Assembly (NCBI GenBank): GCA_902496015.1
Contig: CABUZJ010000002.1
Coordinates: 3,307 to 67,306, forward strand
DNA: 64,000 nucleotides
Direction of reading: 5' to 3'
Origin: an uncultured Eubacteriales bacterium
Lineage (GTDB): Bacteria; Bacillota; Clostridia; Christensenellales; UBA1242
In this document: piece after piece, positions 50,689-60,178 of the stretch
Numbering within the stretch: the stretch's first letter is position 1
Layout: every line of letters starts with the position of its first letter
Made by a program: the position numbers and the translations under genes
Notes under the pieces: model-generated
Seen by the model: only the letters and a program-made list of their open reading frames with translations
The model's database searches: none
Told to the model about the DNA's origin: nothing

Positions 50689-52173
50689 ATGAAATTAGGG
50701 TTTGACAACGATAAATATATAAAATTACAGACTGAAAATATTAATAAAAGAATTAAAAATTTTGAAAATAAACTTTACATGGAATTTGGTGGGAAATTAT
50801 TTGATGATTTACATGCATCTAGGGTATTGCCCGGATTTGCACCAGATGCTAAAATTAGAATTCTTAAAAAATTAAAAGATAAGTGTGAAATAATTTTTGT
50901 TATCAATGCCGACCATATTGAAAAACATAAAATTAGGGCAGATTATAGTATTACTTATGATGAAGAAGTGTTAAGACAAATCGATAATTTAAGAGCAGAA
51001 GGTCTTTTAGTTTCGGCAATAGTTATAACGCTTTATAAGGGTCAACAATTAGCTCAAATGTTTGCAAACAAATTAGAAAGAAGGGGAGAAAAGGTTTATT
51101 TTCATACTCCAACAAAAGGTTATCCTAATGATATTTCTATTATTGTTAGTGATAAGGGGTATGGTGCAAATCCATATATTATAACACAGCGTCCGCTAGT
51201 AGTTATTACGGCTCCAGGACCAGGAAGTGGAAAATTAGCAACTTGCCTTAGCCAACTTTATCATGAATATAAAATAGGTGTTAAGGCGGGCTATGCTAAG
51301 TTTGAAACATTTCCCGTGTGGAATTTAGATTTAAAGCACCCCGTTAATTTGGCTTATGAAGCAGCAACTGCAGATTTGAAAGATATTAACATGATAGATA
51401 GTTTTCATCTTAAAGCTTATAATAAAATAGCTATTAACTATAACAGAGATTTAGAGTGTTTTCCAGTTGTTTCAAATATTTTAACTAAAATTACAAATAA
51501 TGATAAACTTTATCAATCGCCAACAGATATGGGTGTTAACATGGTTGGATTTGCAATTAGCAATGATGAAATAGTGAAAAAGGCTAGCGAACAAGAAATT
51601 ATAAGACGATATCAAAAAGCATTAGTAGATTATAAATGTGGACTTTGTGGCGAAGATATTCCTGCTAGAATTGAAATGATTATGAGTGAACTTAAAATTA
51701 AGTTAACCGATAGAGTTATAGTAAAGGCAGTGGAAGATAAAATTTCTAATTGCGATGTGCCAATTTTAGGTATTGAACTGGAAGATGGTAGATGTGTATT
51801 TGGAAAATCTAAACAATTACTTAGTGCAAGTTCTGCTTGTGTTTTAAATTGTTTAAAAACTTTGGCTAATATAGATGATGAAATTGACCTTATTCCTGAA
51901 AATATTTTGCAACCGGTTTGTGAGATGAAGCATAAAAATTTAAAAGTTTTAAAGGGGCAATTAAATTTAAAAGATACATTGTTGGCTCTTGCAATAAGCA
52001 GTTCTGTTAATCCTCTTGCAAAATGTGCATTAAATCAGTTAGAAAAACTTAGTAATTGCGAAGCCCATTCATCTTGCATTCTTTCAAGTGAAGACGAACA
52101 AACCTTGAAGAAATTAAATTTAAGAGTTACTAGCGAACCTGTTTTTAGCACGGCTAATTTATATTTTAATTAA
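50689..52173 (+). CDS. DUF1846 (UPF0371) family protein
   Basis: GFDNDKYIKLQ...GGKLFDDLHASRVLPGF and the ~495-aa size match UPF0371 as I recall it. Start moved to the ATG behind AAAGGAGAT. Confidence 0.65.
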   Translation: MKLGFDNDKYIKLQTENINKRIKNFENKLYMEFGGKLFDDLHASRVLPGFAPDAKIRILKKLKDKCEIIFVINADHIEKHKIRADYSITYDEEVLRQIDNLRAEGLLVSAIVITLYKGQQLAQMFANKLERRGEKVYFHTPTKGYPNDISIIVSDKGYGANPYIITQRPLVVITAPGPGSGKLATCLSQLYHEYKIGVKAGYAKFETFPVWNLDLKHPVNLAYEAATADLKDINMIDSFHLKAYNKIAINYNRDLECFPVVSNILTKITNNDKLYQSPTDMGVNMVGFAISNDEIVKKASEQEIIRRYQKALVDYKCGLCGEDIPARIEMIMSELKIKLTDRVIVKAVEDKISNCDVPILGIELEDGRCVFGKSKQLLSASSACVLNCLKTLANIDDEIDLIPENILQPVCEMKHKNLKVLKGQLNLKDTLLALAISSSVNPLAKCALNQLEKLSNCEAHSSCILSSEDEQTLKKLNLRVTSEPVFSTANLYFN

Positions 52174-52178
52174 TATTG

Positions 52179-52208
52179 AAAAAGGCTATAATATCATAGC
52201 CTTTTTAT
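52179..52208 (+). terminator. intrinsic terminator
   Basis: AAAGGCTAT (52181-52189) / ATAGCCTTT (52196-52204), followed by a T-run. Confidence 0.65.
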
Positions 52209-52410
52209 TATTAATAATTTTTATTTCATCAATAGTTAAAGATGATTATTGTGCTAAAAAATAAGATAATTAAAAATATAAATTATTATTTTGTGAAAAT
52301 TTAGTTTTAGTAAAGTTAATTGCGTTTAAATTATATTTATATTTATATTCTAAAAATCAAAATAGTATTAACAAAAAAATAATAAAAAATGCCTTTTAAA
52401 AGGCAATTTT

Positions 52411-52485
52411 TGGTGACCCCAAGCAGAGTTGAACTGCTCACTTCGCCGTGAAAGGGCGATGTCTTAACCGATTGACCATGGGGCC
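52411..52485 (-). tRNA. tRNA-Glu (anticodon UUC)
   Basis: The reverse complement GGCCCCATGGTCAATCGGTTAAGACATCGCCCTTTCACGGCGAAGTGAGCAGTTCAACTCTGCTTGGGGTCACCA folds as a cloverleaf. Anticodon loop CTTTCAC. Confidence 0.9.
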
Positions 52486-52497
52486 AAATATTAAATT

Positions 52498-52574
52498 TGG
52501 TAGCGGCTGACGGATTTGAACCATCGACCTATCGGGTATGAACCGAGCGCTCTAGCCAACTGAGCTAAGCCGCC
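52498..52574 (-). tRNA. tRNA-Met, elongator type (anticodon CAU; Ile2/lysidine identity not excluded)
   Basis: The reverse complement is GGCGGCTTAGCTCAGTTGGCTAGAGCGCTCGGTTCATACCCGATAGGTCGATGGTTCAAATCCGTCAGCCGCTACCA. G1-C72 is paired, so it is not an initiator. Confidence 0.85.
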
Positions 52575-52592
52575 ACGCATTAACGCTTTTTT

Positions 52593-52621
52593 ATTTTAAC
52601 TTAAAAAATGATTTATGTCAA
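52593..52621 (-). promoter_or_regulatory. consensus promoter of the tRNA-Met/tRNA-Glu pair
   Basis: On the minus strand: TTGACA (52621-52616), 17 nt, TAAAAT (52598-52593), about 18 nt before the tRNA 5' end. Confidence 0.55.
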
Positions 52622-52754
52622 CACTTTTTTCAAAAATTTTACTAGCACTCTAAAAATTTTTTACTTTAATTAATACCTTAAAAAAGTTTTAAACTTACTT
52701 GTAAAAAACAATATAATATGATATACTAATTTTAAACCAAATAAGGAGTTTGTT

Positions 52755-53180
52755 ATGGTTTTTGATATAGTTCAATATGTTTTATTGGGATTATTTCTTT
52801 TAATAGTTATAACTTGCATTGGTATAACCATTAAAAATGCTGTAAAAAAGAAAAATAAAGAGCCTAAAAAGGCAACCCCTGTTGAAATAAAAGATAATGT
52901 TAGATATACCAAAAGTGATATTATTGAAAATGAACAGGGAGATGCACAAATAAGTTATGTTAAAAATGACATAATTTTACAACCAAGGAAAATGGTTACT
53001 GTTGGGAAGAAAAGTTTGGTGAAGCCAGGCAAATATACTGTGCTTTCTGCCTATGAAAGTGAAGATGAATTTAATATTAGAATAGGCAATTTTGTAAAAA
53101 GTTACACTCATGGGCAAGAAATAGTTCTTGCAGATGGTGATGAAATTTGCCCTACTAGTTCGACAATTATTTTAAGATAA
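52755..53180 (+). CDS. N-terminally anchored hypothetical protein (141 aa)
   Basis: SD AAGGAG and an N-terminal TM helix. No family recognised. Confidence 0.5.
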   Translation: MVFDIVQYVLLGLFLLIVITCIGITIKNAVKKKNKEPKKATPVEIKDNVRYTKSDIIENEQGDAQISYVKNDIILQPRKMVTVGKKSLVKPGKYTVLSAYESEDEFNIRIGNFVKSYTHGQEIVLADGDEICPTSSTIILR

Positions 53181-53183
53181 AAT

Positions 53184-53232
53184 AACCAATTAAGTTTTGC
53201 ACAATATAAGGCAAAATTTAATTGGTTTTTTT
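53184..53232. terminator. bidirectional intrinsic terminator (long hairpin)
   Basis: AACCAATTAA (53184-53193) / TTAATTGGTT (53218-53227) with inner TTTTGC/GCAAAA pairing, followed by a T-run. Confidence 0.6.
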
Positions 53233-53246
53233 ATTGCTATTTATTA

Positions 53247-54107
53247 TTAATTATTTTTTTTAATTTTAAAATAAATAAATCTTTCACAAATAAGAGTTAA
53301 TAAAGTAACAAATACATAGATAAAGACGAAATAAATATTAAATTCAGCTATAACAAATAAATTTAAAATAATAATAACTATGCTAGAAATAATTATAAGT
53401 AGGCCTTGCAAAGTGTTTACAATTTTCCATGCTTTTGCATTGCTAAGTGTAAATATTGTTCTAAAACCAAAAAACTGGTTAGGGCAATTTGCCTTTATAA
53501 GTGTGGCAATTCCAAGAATCAAAGCACTTGCTGAAATTATTTGCATAATAATTGTTTTAAAGTGTGCAACTGTTTGAGCTGAACATGTAATACCTGTTGC
53601 AATAATTCCAATAAAAATTAAAATGTTTGAAATTAATTGCGTGATTTGTGTGGCTTTATTGCTTTTATAAAGGTCATGCTTTATTAATTTATTGTAAAAC
53701 GCAGAGCAAATAACAAATATAAATAAACTAATACACGGTAATATTAAAATATAAAATTTATTTCCAAATGCTAAAACATTGCCTTCTATATCTATATTTA
53801 ATGGGATTGTATTTATATATCTTAAAAAAATAAAGGAAAGTATTATATTTAAAAATAAAAATAATATATTTGAAAGAAAAAGATTTGAATAAGAATTTTT
53901 GCTTTTTTCTATTGATGTTCCCACAATTTCTTCAATTTTACAGTTATAAATATTGCATAAAAGTTTTATTGTTTCGATATTAGGCTCGCTTTGACCTTGT
54001 TCCCACTTTGAAATGCTTTGTCTTGAAACATATAGTTTATTTGCCAATTCTTCTTGTGTAAGATTATTTTTTATTCTTAAATTTTTTAAATTATCTTTTA
54101 GTTCCAT
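53247..54107 (-). CDS. XRE-family HTH regulator fused to a multi-pass membrane domain (second copy of this architecture)
   Basis: LRIKNNLTQEELANKLYVSRQSISKWEQGQSEPN HTH, followed by about 6 hydrophobic helices. Confidence 0.7.
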   Translation of the reverse strand: MELKDNLKNLRIKNNLTQEELANKLYVSRQSISKWEQGQSEPNIETIKLLCNIYNCKIEEIVGTSIEKSKNSYSNLFLSNILFLFLNIILSFIFLRYINTIPLNIDIEGNVLAFGNKFYILILPCISLFIFVICSAFYNKLIKHDLYKSNKATQITQLISNILIFIGIIATGITCSAQTVAHFKTIIMQIISASALILGIATLIKANCPNQFFGFRTIFTLSNAKAWKIVNTLQGLLIIISSIVIIILNLFVIAEFNIYFVFIYVFVTLLTLICERFIYFKIKKNN

Positions 54108-54186
54108 TTTTTACTCCTTGTTGCCTTAATTATATGTTTGCATTATCTTATAGTAAAGCAAAAGTTGTGCAACTTTTAGTTGCAGA

Positions 54187-54222
54187 TAAAAAATAAAGAT
54201 GATTTTTTCATCTTTATTTTAA
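54187..54222 (-). terminator. intrinsic terminator of the hydrolase gene
   Basis: 12-bp stem AAATAAAGATGA (54191-54202) / TCATCTTTATTT (54208-54219), with a T-run on the minus strand. Confidence 0.6.
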
Positions 54223-54234
54223 ATTAAAATACAA

Positions 54235-55143
54235 TTAAATATGTTCATTTAAAAAATTTTTTATATCAGCATAAACTTGTGCGTTGTTAATTTCGTTGTG
54301 AACTTCGTGTCGCATGTTAGGGTAAAGGTGAATAGTTAAATCAATTATACCTAGTTTTTTATATTTGTTATAAAGTTTTAAAACAAGTTTACCATTTTTG
54401 CTAAATCTGTCTTCTTGCCCAGCAATTAACATTAGTGGCTTGCGTTTATCAATTTTGGCTAGATTAGCTTTTTTATAGGTTGGGATAACGCCACTCATAA
54501 GGTCGTAATAAAATTTTGCACTAAATGGTTGAGAGCACATTGGATCTTCTTTATAAGTTTTTGCTATTTCCTTATCGTGAGTAATCCATAATTCGCCGTT
54601 TTCAAGGCCTTTACTATATTTTTTAAAGCTTAAATTCTCAATCAATTTTGCATTAGCATTATTTCCTTTGTGCCTCATGGTTATTTTTGCTATTAATTTT
54701 GCCATTTTGTTTTCTAATGTGTTCATGTAACTTGTGCCACAAAGAATTGCACCTTTATGTAATTTGCTTTCTTGAATATATTTTTGAGTTATAAGAGAGC
54801 CATAACTATGACCAAATATAAATAATGGAAGTTTAGGATATTTGTTGGTTAAATATTTTGATATTTCGATTTCATCTTTTACGCTATCACAATATAAATT
54901 TGTTGCCTTGTCGTATTTTCCAACAAGTTCTGGTTTGCCAGCTGTTTTGCCATGTGCACGATGGTCGTCTGCGAACACAATAAATCCATATTGGTTAAGG
55001 TAAGTTGCGAGGTCGTTATATCTTTTTGCGTGTTCACTCATTCCGTGGATAATTTGTACAATAGCTTTTGGGTTTGCCACATCTTCCCAAATGTAGCAAG
55101 CGAGTTCGGTGTTATCGAAAGATTTAAATTTAATTTCTTTCAT
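54235..55143 (-). CDS. alpha/beta hydrolase, monoacylglycerol lipase/lysophospholipase-like
   Basis: HGMSEH, nucleophile elbow GHSYGS, and a C-terminal His (MRHEVHNE). Confidence 0.75.
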   Translation of the reverse strand: MKEIKFKSFDNTELACYIWEDVANPKAIVQIIHGMSEHAKRYNDLATYLNQYGFIVFADDHRAHGKTAGKPELVGKYDKATNLYCDSVKDEIEISKYLTNKYPKLPLFIFGHSYGSLITQKYIQESKLHKGAILCGTSYMNTLENKMAKLIAKITMRHKGNNANAKLIENLSFKKYSKGLENGELWITHDKEIAKTYKEDPMCSQPFSAKFYYDLMSGVIPTYKKANLAKIDKRKPLMLIAGQEDRFSKNGKLVLKLYNKYKKLGIIDLTIHLYPNMRHEVHNEINNAQVYADIKNFLNEHI

Positions 55144-55286
55144 AAAATTTACTCCTTTTGTTTTATCTTTTTTATTTATTTTACATAAATTTGCAAATTT
55201 TGTCTATTATTTTGTTAATCATGTTATTTAATAAGGCTAAAATATGCAAAATTTATTAAAATTTATATAAATATTAACAAAATTTG

Positions 55287-56762
55287 TTATTCTACTGATT
55301 CAGTTAAACACTGTTTTATTGCTTTTTTCCATCCTTCTAAATTCTTTTTCATTTCATATTTTGGTGAAAGTGGAATATATATTTTTTTTATTTCTATTTT
55401 TTCTTTAATTTCTTCTAAACTCTTGTAAGCTCCAGAACATAAGCCTGCAAGATATATTGCACCTAAACTTGTGCTTTCCCCATCTGTTACATCAACCTCA
55501 ATATTTAACATATCGGCTTGAAATTGCATTAAAAAGTTATTTTTTGTTGCCCCACCATCAACATAAATATGTTTTGGTCTGCTATGGCTTTCTTTTTCTA
55601 AAACTTTGAAAACATCATAAACCGAATAAGCAATTCCTTCAAGAACAGCACGAGCAATGTGGCTTGCAGTGGTGGCCCTTGTTAGCCCAGTTATAATTCC
55701 ATTTGCATCCATGTTCCAATAAGGGCAACCTAAACCAGTAAAGGCTGGCACAAAATAAACGCCGTTATTGTTACCTAATTCGCCTGCAAGTTTATCCATT
55801 TCTTGTGGGGAAGAAACCAATTTTAAATCATCACAAACCCAATCTATTGCCGTGCCACAATTATAAACACTACCTTCAAGTGCATAAGCAACTCTGTTAC
55901 CAATTTTATAGGCAACTGTTGAAAGTAAATTTTCACTTTGTGCGGGCTTACTACCAGTGTTAACAAGCAAAAATGAACCAGTGCCATAGGTATTTTTTAT
56001 ATCGCCAAATTTATAGCAACCTTGACCGAATAAACTAGATTGTTGGTCTCCAATTAATCCGCAAATTGGAATTCTTAATTTACCAATTTTTGCAATTCCA
56101 ACATTTTGGCAGTTGTCAACTATGGTTGGAAGAATGTGTTTTGGAATCCCAAAAAGTTCAAGTAATTCATTGTCCCATGACAAAGTGTGAATATTAAATA
56201 GTTGGGTTCGGCTAGCATTAGTTACATCAGTAACATGACTTTTGCCACCTGTTAGTTTAAAAGTTAAATAACTTTCAATAGTTCCAACTAATAAATCATT
56301 CTTTTTAAGTGCTAATTGAACAGCAGGGACATTTTTAAGTAACCACCTAATTTTGCTAGCACTGAAATAAGAGTCGGGAATAAGTCCTGTTTTAGCTTTT
56401 ACTATTTTTGCTAATGGTGAATTTTTTAGTTTTTTGCAATAGTTTGCAGTTCTTCTGCATTGCCAACAGATTGCGTGATAAAGAGGTTTTCCTGTTTTTT
56501 TACTCCATGCTACAACGGTTTCTCTTTGATTTGTAATTCCTATTGCATAAATGTCTTTATCGGTTAAGTTTTGCGTAATTTCAAGTATTGCAGATTTTAC
56601 AATGCTGAATATTTCCTCTGCATCGTGTTCCACCCAGCCATCTGCAGGATAATATTGTTTGAATGGTGCTCTGCTAATCTTTTCTATTTGGTTTTTAACA
56701 ACATTAAATAAAACGGCTCTTGCCGAAGTGGTGCCTTCATCAATGCCAATAATATATTTCAT
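55287..56762 (-). CDS. glpK: glycerol kinase
   Basis: YIIGIDEGTTSARA, GITNQRETVVAW, GDQQSSLFGQ, VDGGATKN. Start moved to MKYIIGID behind GGGGGAA. Confidence 0.95.
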   Translation of the reverse strand: MKYIIGIDEGTTSARAVLFNVVKNQIEKISRAPFKQYYPADGWVEHDAEEIFSIVKSAILEITQNLTDKDIYAIGITNQRETVVAWSKKTGKPLYHAICWQCRRTANYCKKLKNSPLAKIVKAKTGLIPDSYFSASKIRWLLKNVPAVQLALKKNDLLVGTIESYLTFKLTGGKSHVTDVTNASRTQLFNIHTLSWDNELLELFGIPKHILPTIVDNCQNVGIAKIGKLRIPICGLIGDQQSSLFGQGCYKFGDIKNTYGTGSFLLVNTGSKPAQSENLLSTVAYKIGNRVAYALEGSVYNCGTAIDWVCDDLKLVSSPQEMDKLAGELGNNNGVYFVPAFTGLGCPYWNMDANGIITGLTRATTASHIARAVLEGIAYSVYDVFKVLEKESHSRPKHIYVDGGATKNNFLMQFQADMLNIEVDVTDGESTSLGAIYLAGLCSGAYKSLEEIKEKIEIKKIYIPLSPKYEMKKNLEGWKKAIKQCLTESVE

Positions 56763-56868
56763 TTTATTTTCCCCCAAACTTAATATTTATTATATTTTAG
56801 CAAATTTATAAAACTTTTCAAATGATTTATATTATTTTTGCAAATTTCTTGTTTTATTTTTAAAATAA

Positions 56869-56897
56869 TTGACAATATTAGAATTAGTATTTAAACT
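56869..56897 (+). promoter_or_regulatory. promoter abutting ATG 56904 (candidate leaderless mRNA)
   Basis: TTGACA (56869-56874), 17 nt, TAAACT (56892-56897), then exactly 6 nt before the ATG. No SD. Confidence 0.5.
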
Positions 56898-56903
56898 TAA
56901 ATT

Positions 56904-58361
56904 ATGGGAAAAATAAATTTAAATTATCAATATGAAGTTATTGTTATTGGTGGAGGTATTATTGGTGCTTTCACCTTTAATAATTTAGTAACTAATGGTG
57001 TAAAAACTTTACTTGTGGAAGCAGGTGAAGATGTGAGTGTGGGGGCAACTAAAGCAAATAGTGCCATTATTCATGCTGGTTATGATTGTGCCGTTGGAAC
57101 TAATAAGGCTAAATTTAATGTTCGAGGCAATCAAATGTATGAAGAGATTGCGAATAGGCTTGGAGAAAAAATAAAAAAAACTGGCTCGTTAGTTGTAAGC
57201 GATAAATCGGGGTTAGATAACCTTAAAAGGCTTTATAATCAAGGAATTGCAAATGGAGTTAAAGGATTAAAAATTTTAAACAGGGGTGAACTTTTAAAAT
57301 TAGAGCCTAATTTAAGCGACATAATTGAATATGGGCTTTATGCTCCTAGTGCAAAAATTGTTTCGCCTTACAATTTTGCAATTTCGTTATGCGAAGAAGC
57401 ATTAATTAATGGTGGCGAATTAAAATTAAATTATAAAGTTGACAAAATTGAAAAAAAAGACGATGTTTTTTATGTTTATAGTGGGAATAATGTTGTAACA
57501 AGTAAATTTGTTGTAAACTGTGCGGGTGCAGGCTGTGCTCATATAAATGCCTTGGTTAATGCAGAACCGTTAAACATTACTCTAACAAAAGGTGAGTATT
57601 TAATTTTAGATAAAAGCGAAAAAGGTTTAGTTAATAGACCGATTTTTCCTTTGCCAACAAAAGCAGGTAAAGGAATTTTAGTTTTGCCAACTGTGAGCAA
57701 CAATATATTATGCGGGCCAACTGCAAGAGATATAAGCGAATTTAATACATCCGTTACTCCTGAAGGTGTTGCTGAAATTAAGCAAAAAACAGGCATAATG
57801 GTTAAGGGGCTTAATTTTAAAAAGGTAATAAAACTTTATGCTGGGGTGCGTGTGAAATGTGGTGACGATTTTGTTGTTAAATTTAGTGACAAAGTAAAAA
57901 ACTTTTATTATACAGCTGGAATAGCAAGCCCTGGTCTTGCAAGTGCACCTGCAATTGCTGAACAAATTTTAAATGATTTAAAGAATGCAGGCATGAAAAC
58001 CACTCAAATAAAATTAAAGAAAAGAATTCCATATACTGACACACGGGCACTTTCAACTGAAAAATTAAATGCTTTAATTGCAAAAAATGCAAAATATGGA
58101 AGGTTAGTTTGTAGGTGTGAAGGGATAACACAAGGTGAAATTGAAGAAGTTTTAAATGGACCAATAAAACCTTTAACAATTGAAGGAGTAAAACGCCGAT
58201 TAAGACCAACAATGGGCAGGTGCCAAGGTAGTTTTTGTTTGCCTAGTTTGATTGAAATAATGAGTAATGCTTATAACACTGCACCGGAAAATATTGTTGT
58301 TAGAAACAAAACGCCATTAATACTCTCTGGCATTAAGGAGGGCGGTATTTATGAAAACTGA
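56904..58361 (+). CDS. FAD-dependent glycerol-3-phosphate dehydrogenase/oxidase (GlpA-like) with a C-terminal BFD-like [2Fe-2S] domain
   Basis: VIVIGGGIIGAF dinucleotide motif. C-terminal CRCEGITQGEIEE...RPTMGRCQGSFC is a BFD-like Cys pattern. Confidence 0.8.
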   Translation: MGKINLNYQYEVIVIGGGIIGAFTFNNLVTNGVKTLLVEAGEDVSVGATKANSAIIHAGYDCAVGTNKAKFNVRGNQMYEEIANRLGEKIKKTGSLVVSDKSGLDNLKRLYNQGIANGVKGLKILNRGELLKLEPNLSDIIEYGLYAPSAKIVSPYNFAISLCEEALINGGELKLNYKVDKIEKKDDVFYVYSGNNVVTSKFVVNCAGAGCAHINALVNAEPLNITLTKGEYLILDKSEKGLVNRPIFPLPTKAGKGILVLPTVSNNILCGPTARDISEFNTSVTPEGVAEIKQKTGIMVKGLNFKKVIKLYAGVRVKCGDDFVVKFSDKVKNFYYTAGIASPGLASAPAIAEQILNDLKNAGMKTTQIKLKKRIPYTDTRALSTEKLNALIAKNAKYGRLVCRCEGITQGEIEEVLNGPIKPLTIEGVKRRLRPTMGRCQGSFCLPSLIEIMSNAYNTAPENIVVRNKTPLILSGIKEGGIYEN

Positions 58362-59583
58362 TATTTTGGTTATTGGTGGAGGTTCTGCGGGGTTAAGTTC
58401 GGCACTGGTTGCAAATAGTAATAATTTAAAAGTTACAATTGTTGAAAGAGAAACAAAACTTGGTGGCATTTTAAAACAATGCATTCATAATGGCTTTGGG
58501 CTTAAATATTTTAAAAAGGAAATGACAGGGCCAGAATATGCGCAAGAACTTATAAATAAAGTTAAAAATACAAATATCGAAGTTTTACTTGAAACAAGTG
58601 TTTTAAGTGTTGAAAAAAAAATTCAAGGTAATTTTAGTGTAGAAGTTATTAGCCCAAAAGGAAAGTATAAAATTAATTGCAAGGCAATAATTCTTGCTAT
58701 GGGTTGCAGGGAAAGACCAGCAGCGGCAATTTCACTTTGTGGCACTCGTCCAGCGGGAATATTAACGGCTGGTGCTGCACAAAAAATTATAAATATTGAT
58801 GGCAAAATGATTGGGAAACGAGTTGTGATAGTTGGATCTGGCGATGTTGGACTTATTATGGCTAGGAGGTTGCATTTTGAAGGGGCTGAAGTTTTAGGGG
58901 TTTATGAAATTTCTTCAACACCTTCTGGTTTAAATAGAAATATTGTGCAATGCTTGAACGATTATAACATTCCTTTGCATTTAAGTGAAACGGTTATGAG
59001 TGTGGTAGGAGAAGATAGAGTTGAGGGTGTTTTTGTGGCAAAAGTGAACCCTGATTTTTCCTTTGATTTATCTACAAAAAAATTTATTAAATGTGATACG
59101 GTGCTTTTATCGGTTGGTTTAGTGCCAGAGAATGATTTGGTTAGCAATGTTGTTAGTTTAAGTGCAATTACAAATGGTGCTGTGGTAGACGACCATTATA
59201 TGACAAATTGCAGTGGAATTTTTTCTTGTGGAAATGTGTTGCATGTCCATGATATAGTTGATGATGTTACATTTGAAGCCGAACTTGCAGGAAAGTTTGC
59301 AAATGAATATTGCAAAAATAAAATTAATGAAGAAAAAAAATATAATTGTTTAGCGCGGAATGGAATAAGATATGTTGTTCCTCAAAAGATAAGTGGTGGT
59401 GATGGATTTATTCCATTAAAATTTAGGGCTAATAAAGCATTTAGAAATTGCAGGGTGGTGGTTAAGTCAAAAGAAACAATATTAATGCAACGCCCATGTA
59501 ACATTCTTTTACCTGCTCAAATGGAACAAATTATGATAGATAAAAGTAAAGTAAATAGTGATATAATTGTGGAGGTGGAGTAA
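58351..59583 (+). CDS. NAD(P)/FAD-dependent pyridine nucleotide-disulfide-type oxidoreductase (GlpA partner subunit)
   Basis: DILVIGGGSAGLSSA and VVIVGSGDVGLIMA are double Rossmann motifs. It overlaps the upstream gene by 11 nt. Confidence 0.75.
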   Translation: MKTDILVIGGGSAGLSSALVANSNNLKVTIVERETKLGGILKQCIHNGFGLKYFKKEMTGPEYAQELINKVKNTNIEVLLETSVLSVEKKIQGNFSVEVISPKGKYKINCKAIILAMGCRERPAAAISLCGTRPAGILTAGAAQKIINIDGKMIGKRVVIVGSGDVGLIMARRLHFEGAEVLGVYEISSTPSGLNRNIVQCLNDYNIPLHLSETVMSVVGEDRVEGVFVAKVNPDFSFDLSTKKFIKCDTVLLSVGLVPENDLVSNVVSLSAITNGAVVDDHYMTNCSGIFSCGNVLHVHDIVDDVTFEAELAGKFANEYCKNKINEEKKYNCLARNGIRYVVPQKISGGDGFIPLKFRANKAFRNCRVVVKSKETILMQRPCNILLPAQMEQIMIDKSKVNSDIIVEVE

Positions 59584-59921
59584 TGGAATTTACCTGCATA
59601 ATGTGCCCAGTAGGTTGTCATCTTGTTGCAACTAAAACCAAAGATGGTATAAAAATAACAGGAAATGCTTGTCCAAGAGGAGAAATTTTTGGAAAAAGTG
59701 AAGCAACTAATCCAACAAGAATGGTAACATCAATTATGCCTTATAGAAATAAAACTATAAGCGTTAAAACAACAAATCCAATTCCAAAATGCAAAATTTA
59801 TGAATGTTTAAAGGAAATAAAAGAAGCAAATGCACCAAAATCTGCAAAATTAGGGCAAATTGTTATAAAAAATGTAGCAAATACTGGTGAAAATATAGTA
59901 ATTACTGGAATCAATGGTTAA
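59583..59921 (+). CDS. DUF1667-domain protein
   Basis: FTCIMCPVGCHL...GNACPRGE Cys pattern typical of DUF1667. TAATG overlap with the upstream gene. Confidence 0.7.
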   Translation: MEFTCIMCPVGCHLVATKTKDGIKITGNACPRGEIFGKSEATNPTRMVTSIMPYRNKTISVKTTNPIPKCKIYECLKEIKEANAPKSAKLGQIVIKNVANTGENIVITGING

Positions 59922-59950
59922 AAATAAAGCAAAAATGCTTTATTTTTATT
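59922..59950 (+). terminator. intrinsic terminator of the glpA-like operon
   Basis: AAATAAAGCA (59922-59931) / TGCTTTATTT (59936-59945), with a T-run. Confidence 0.6.
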
Positions 59951-59990
59951 TCTAAATAATTATTTTTATTTTAGTGCACATAATATAAAT

Positions 59991-60131
59991 ATGAAATTAA
60001 GTGAAAAGGAAAAAGTATATAAAAAATTATATAATGCAAAGTTGAATGAACTCGATAAACAATTAAATGATTTTTTAATATTTAAAAAATTATATGCAAA
60101 AGAAACAAACTCACAAGAATTTGAAAAATAA
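59991..60131 (+). CDS. possible small Lys-rich protein (46 aa), not in the ORF track
   Basis: CATAAT (59979-59984) lies exactly 6 nt before the ATG, with no SD. MKLSEKEKVYKKLYNAKLNELDKQLNDFLIFKKLYAKETNSQEFEK. It is supported only by the leaderless-type geometry. Confidence 0.25.
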   Translation: MKLSEKEKVYKKLYNAKLNELDKQLNDFLIFKKLYAKETNSQEFEK

Positions 60132-60143
60132 ACTCATAACATA

Positions 60144-60172
60144 TTGAAAATGAAAATAAAATATGTTATCAT
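60144..60172 (+). promoter_or_regulatory. promoter abutting ATG 60179 (candidate leaderless mRNA)
   Basis: TTGAAA (60144-60149), 17 nt, TATCAT (60167-60172), then exactly 6 nt before the ATG. No SD. Confidence 0.5.
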
Positions 60173-60178
60173 TTATTT

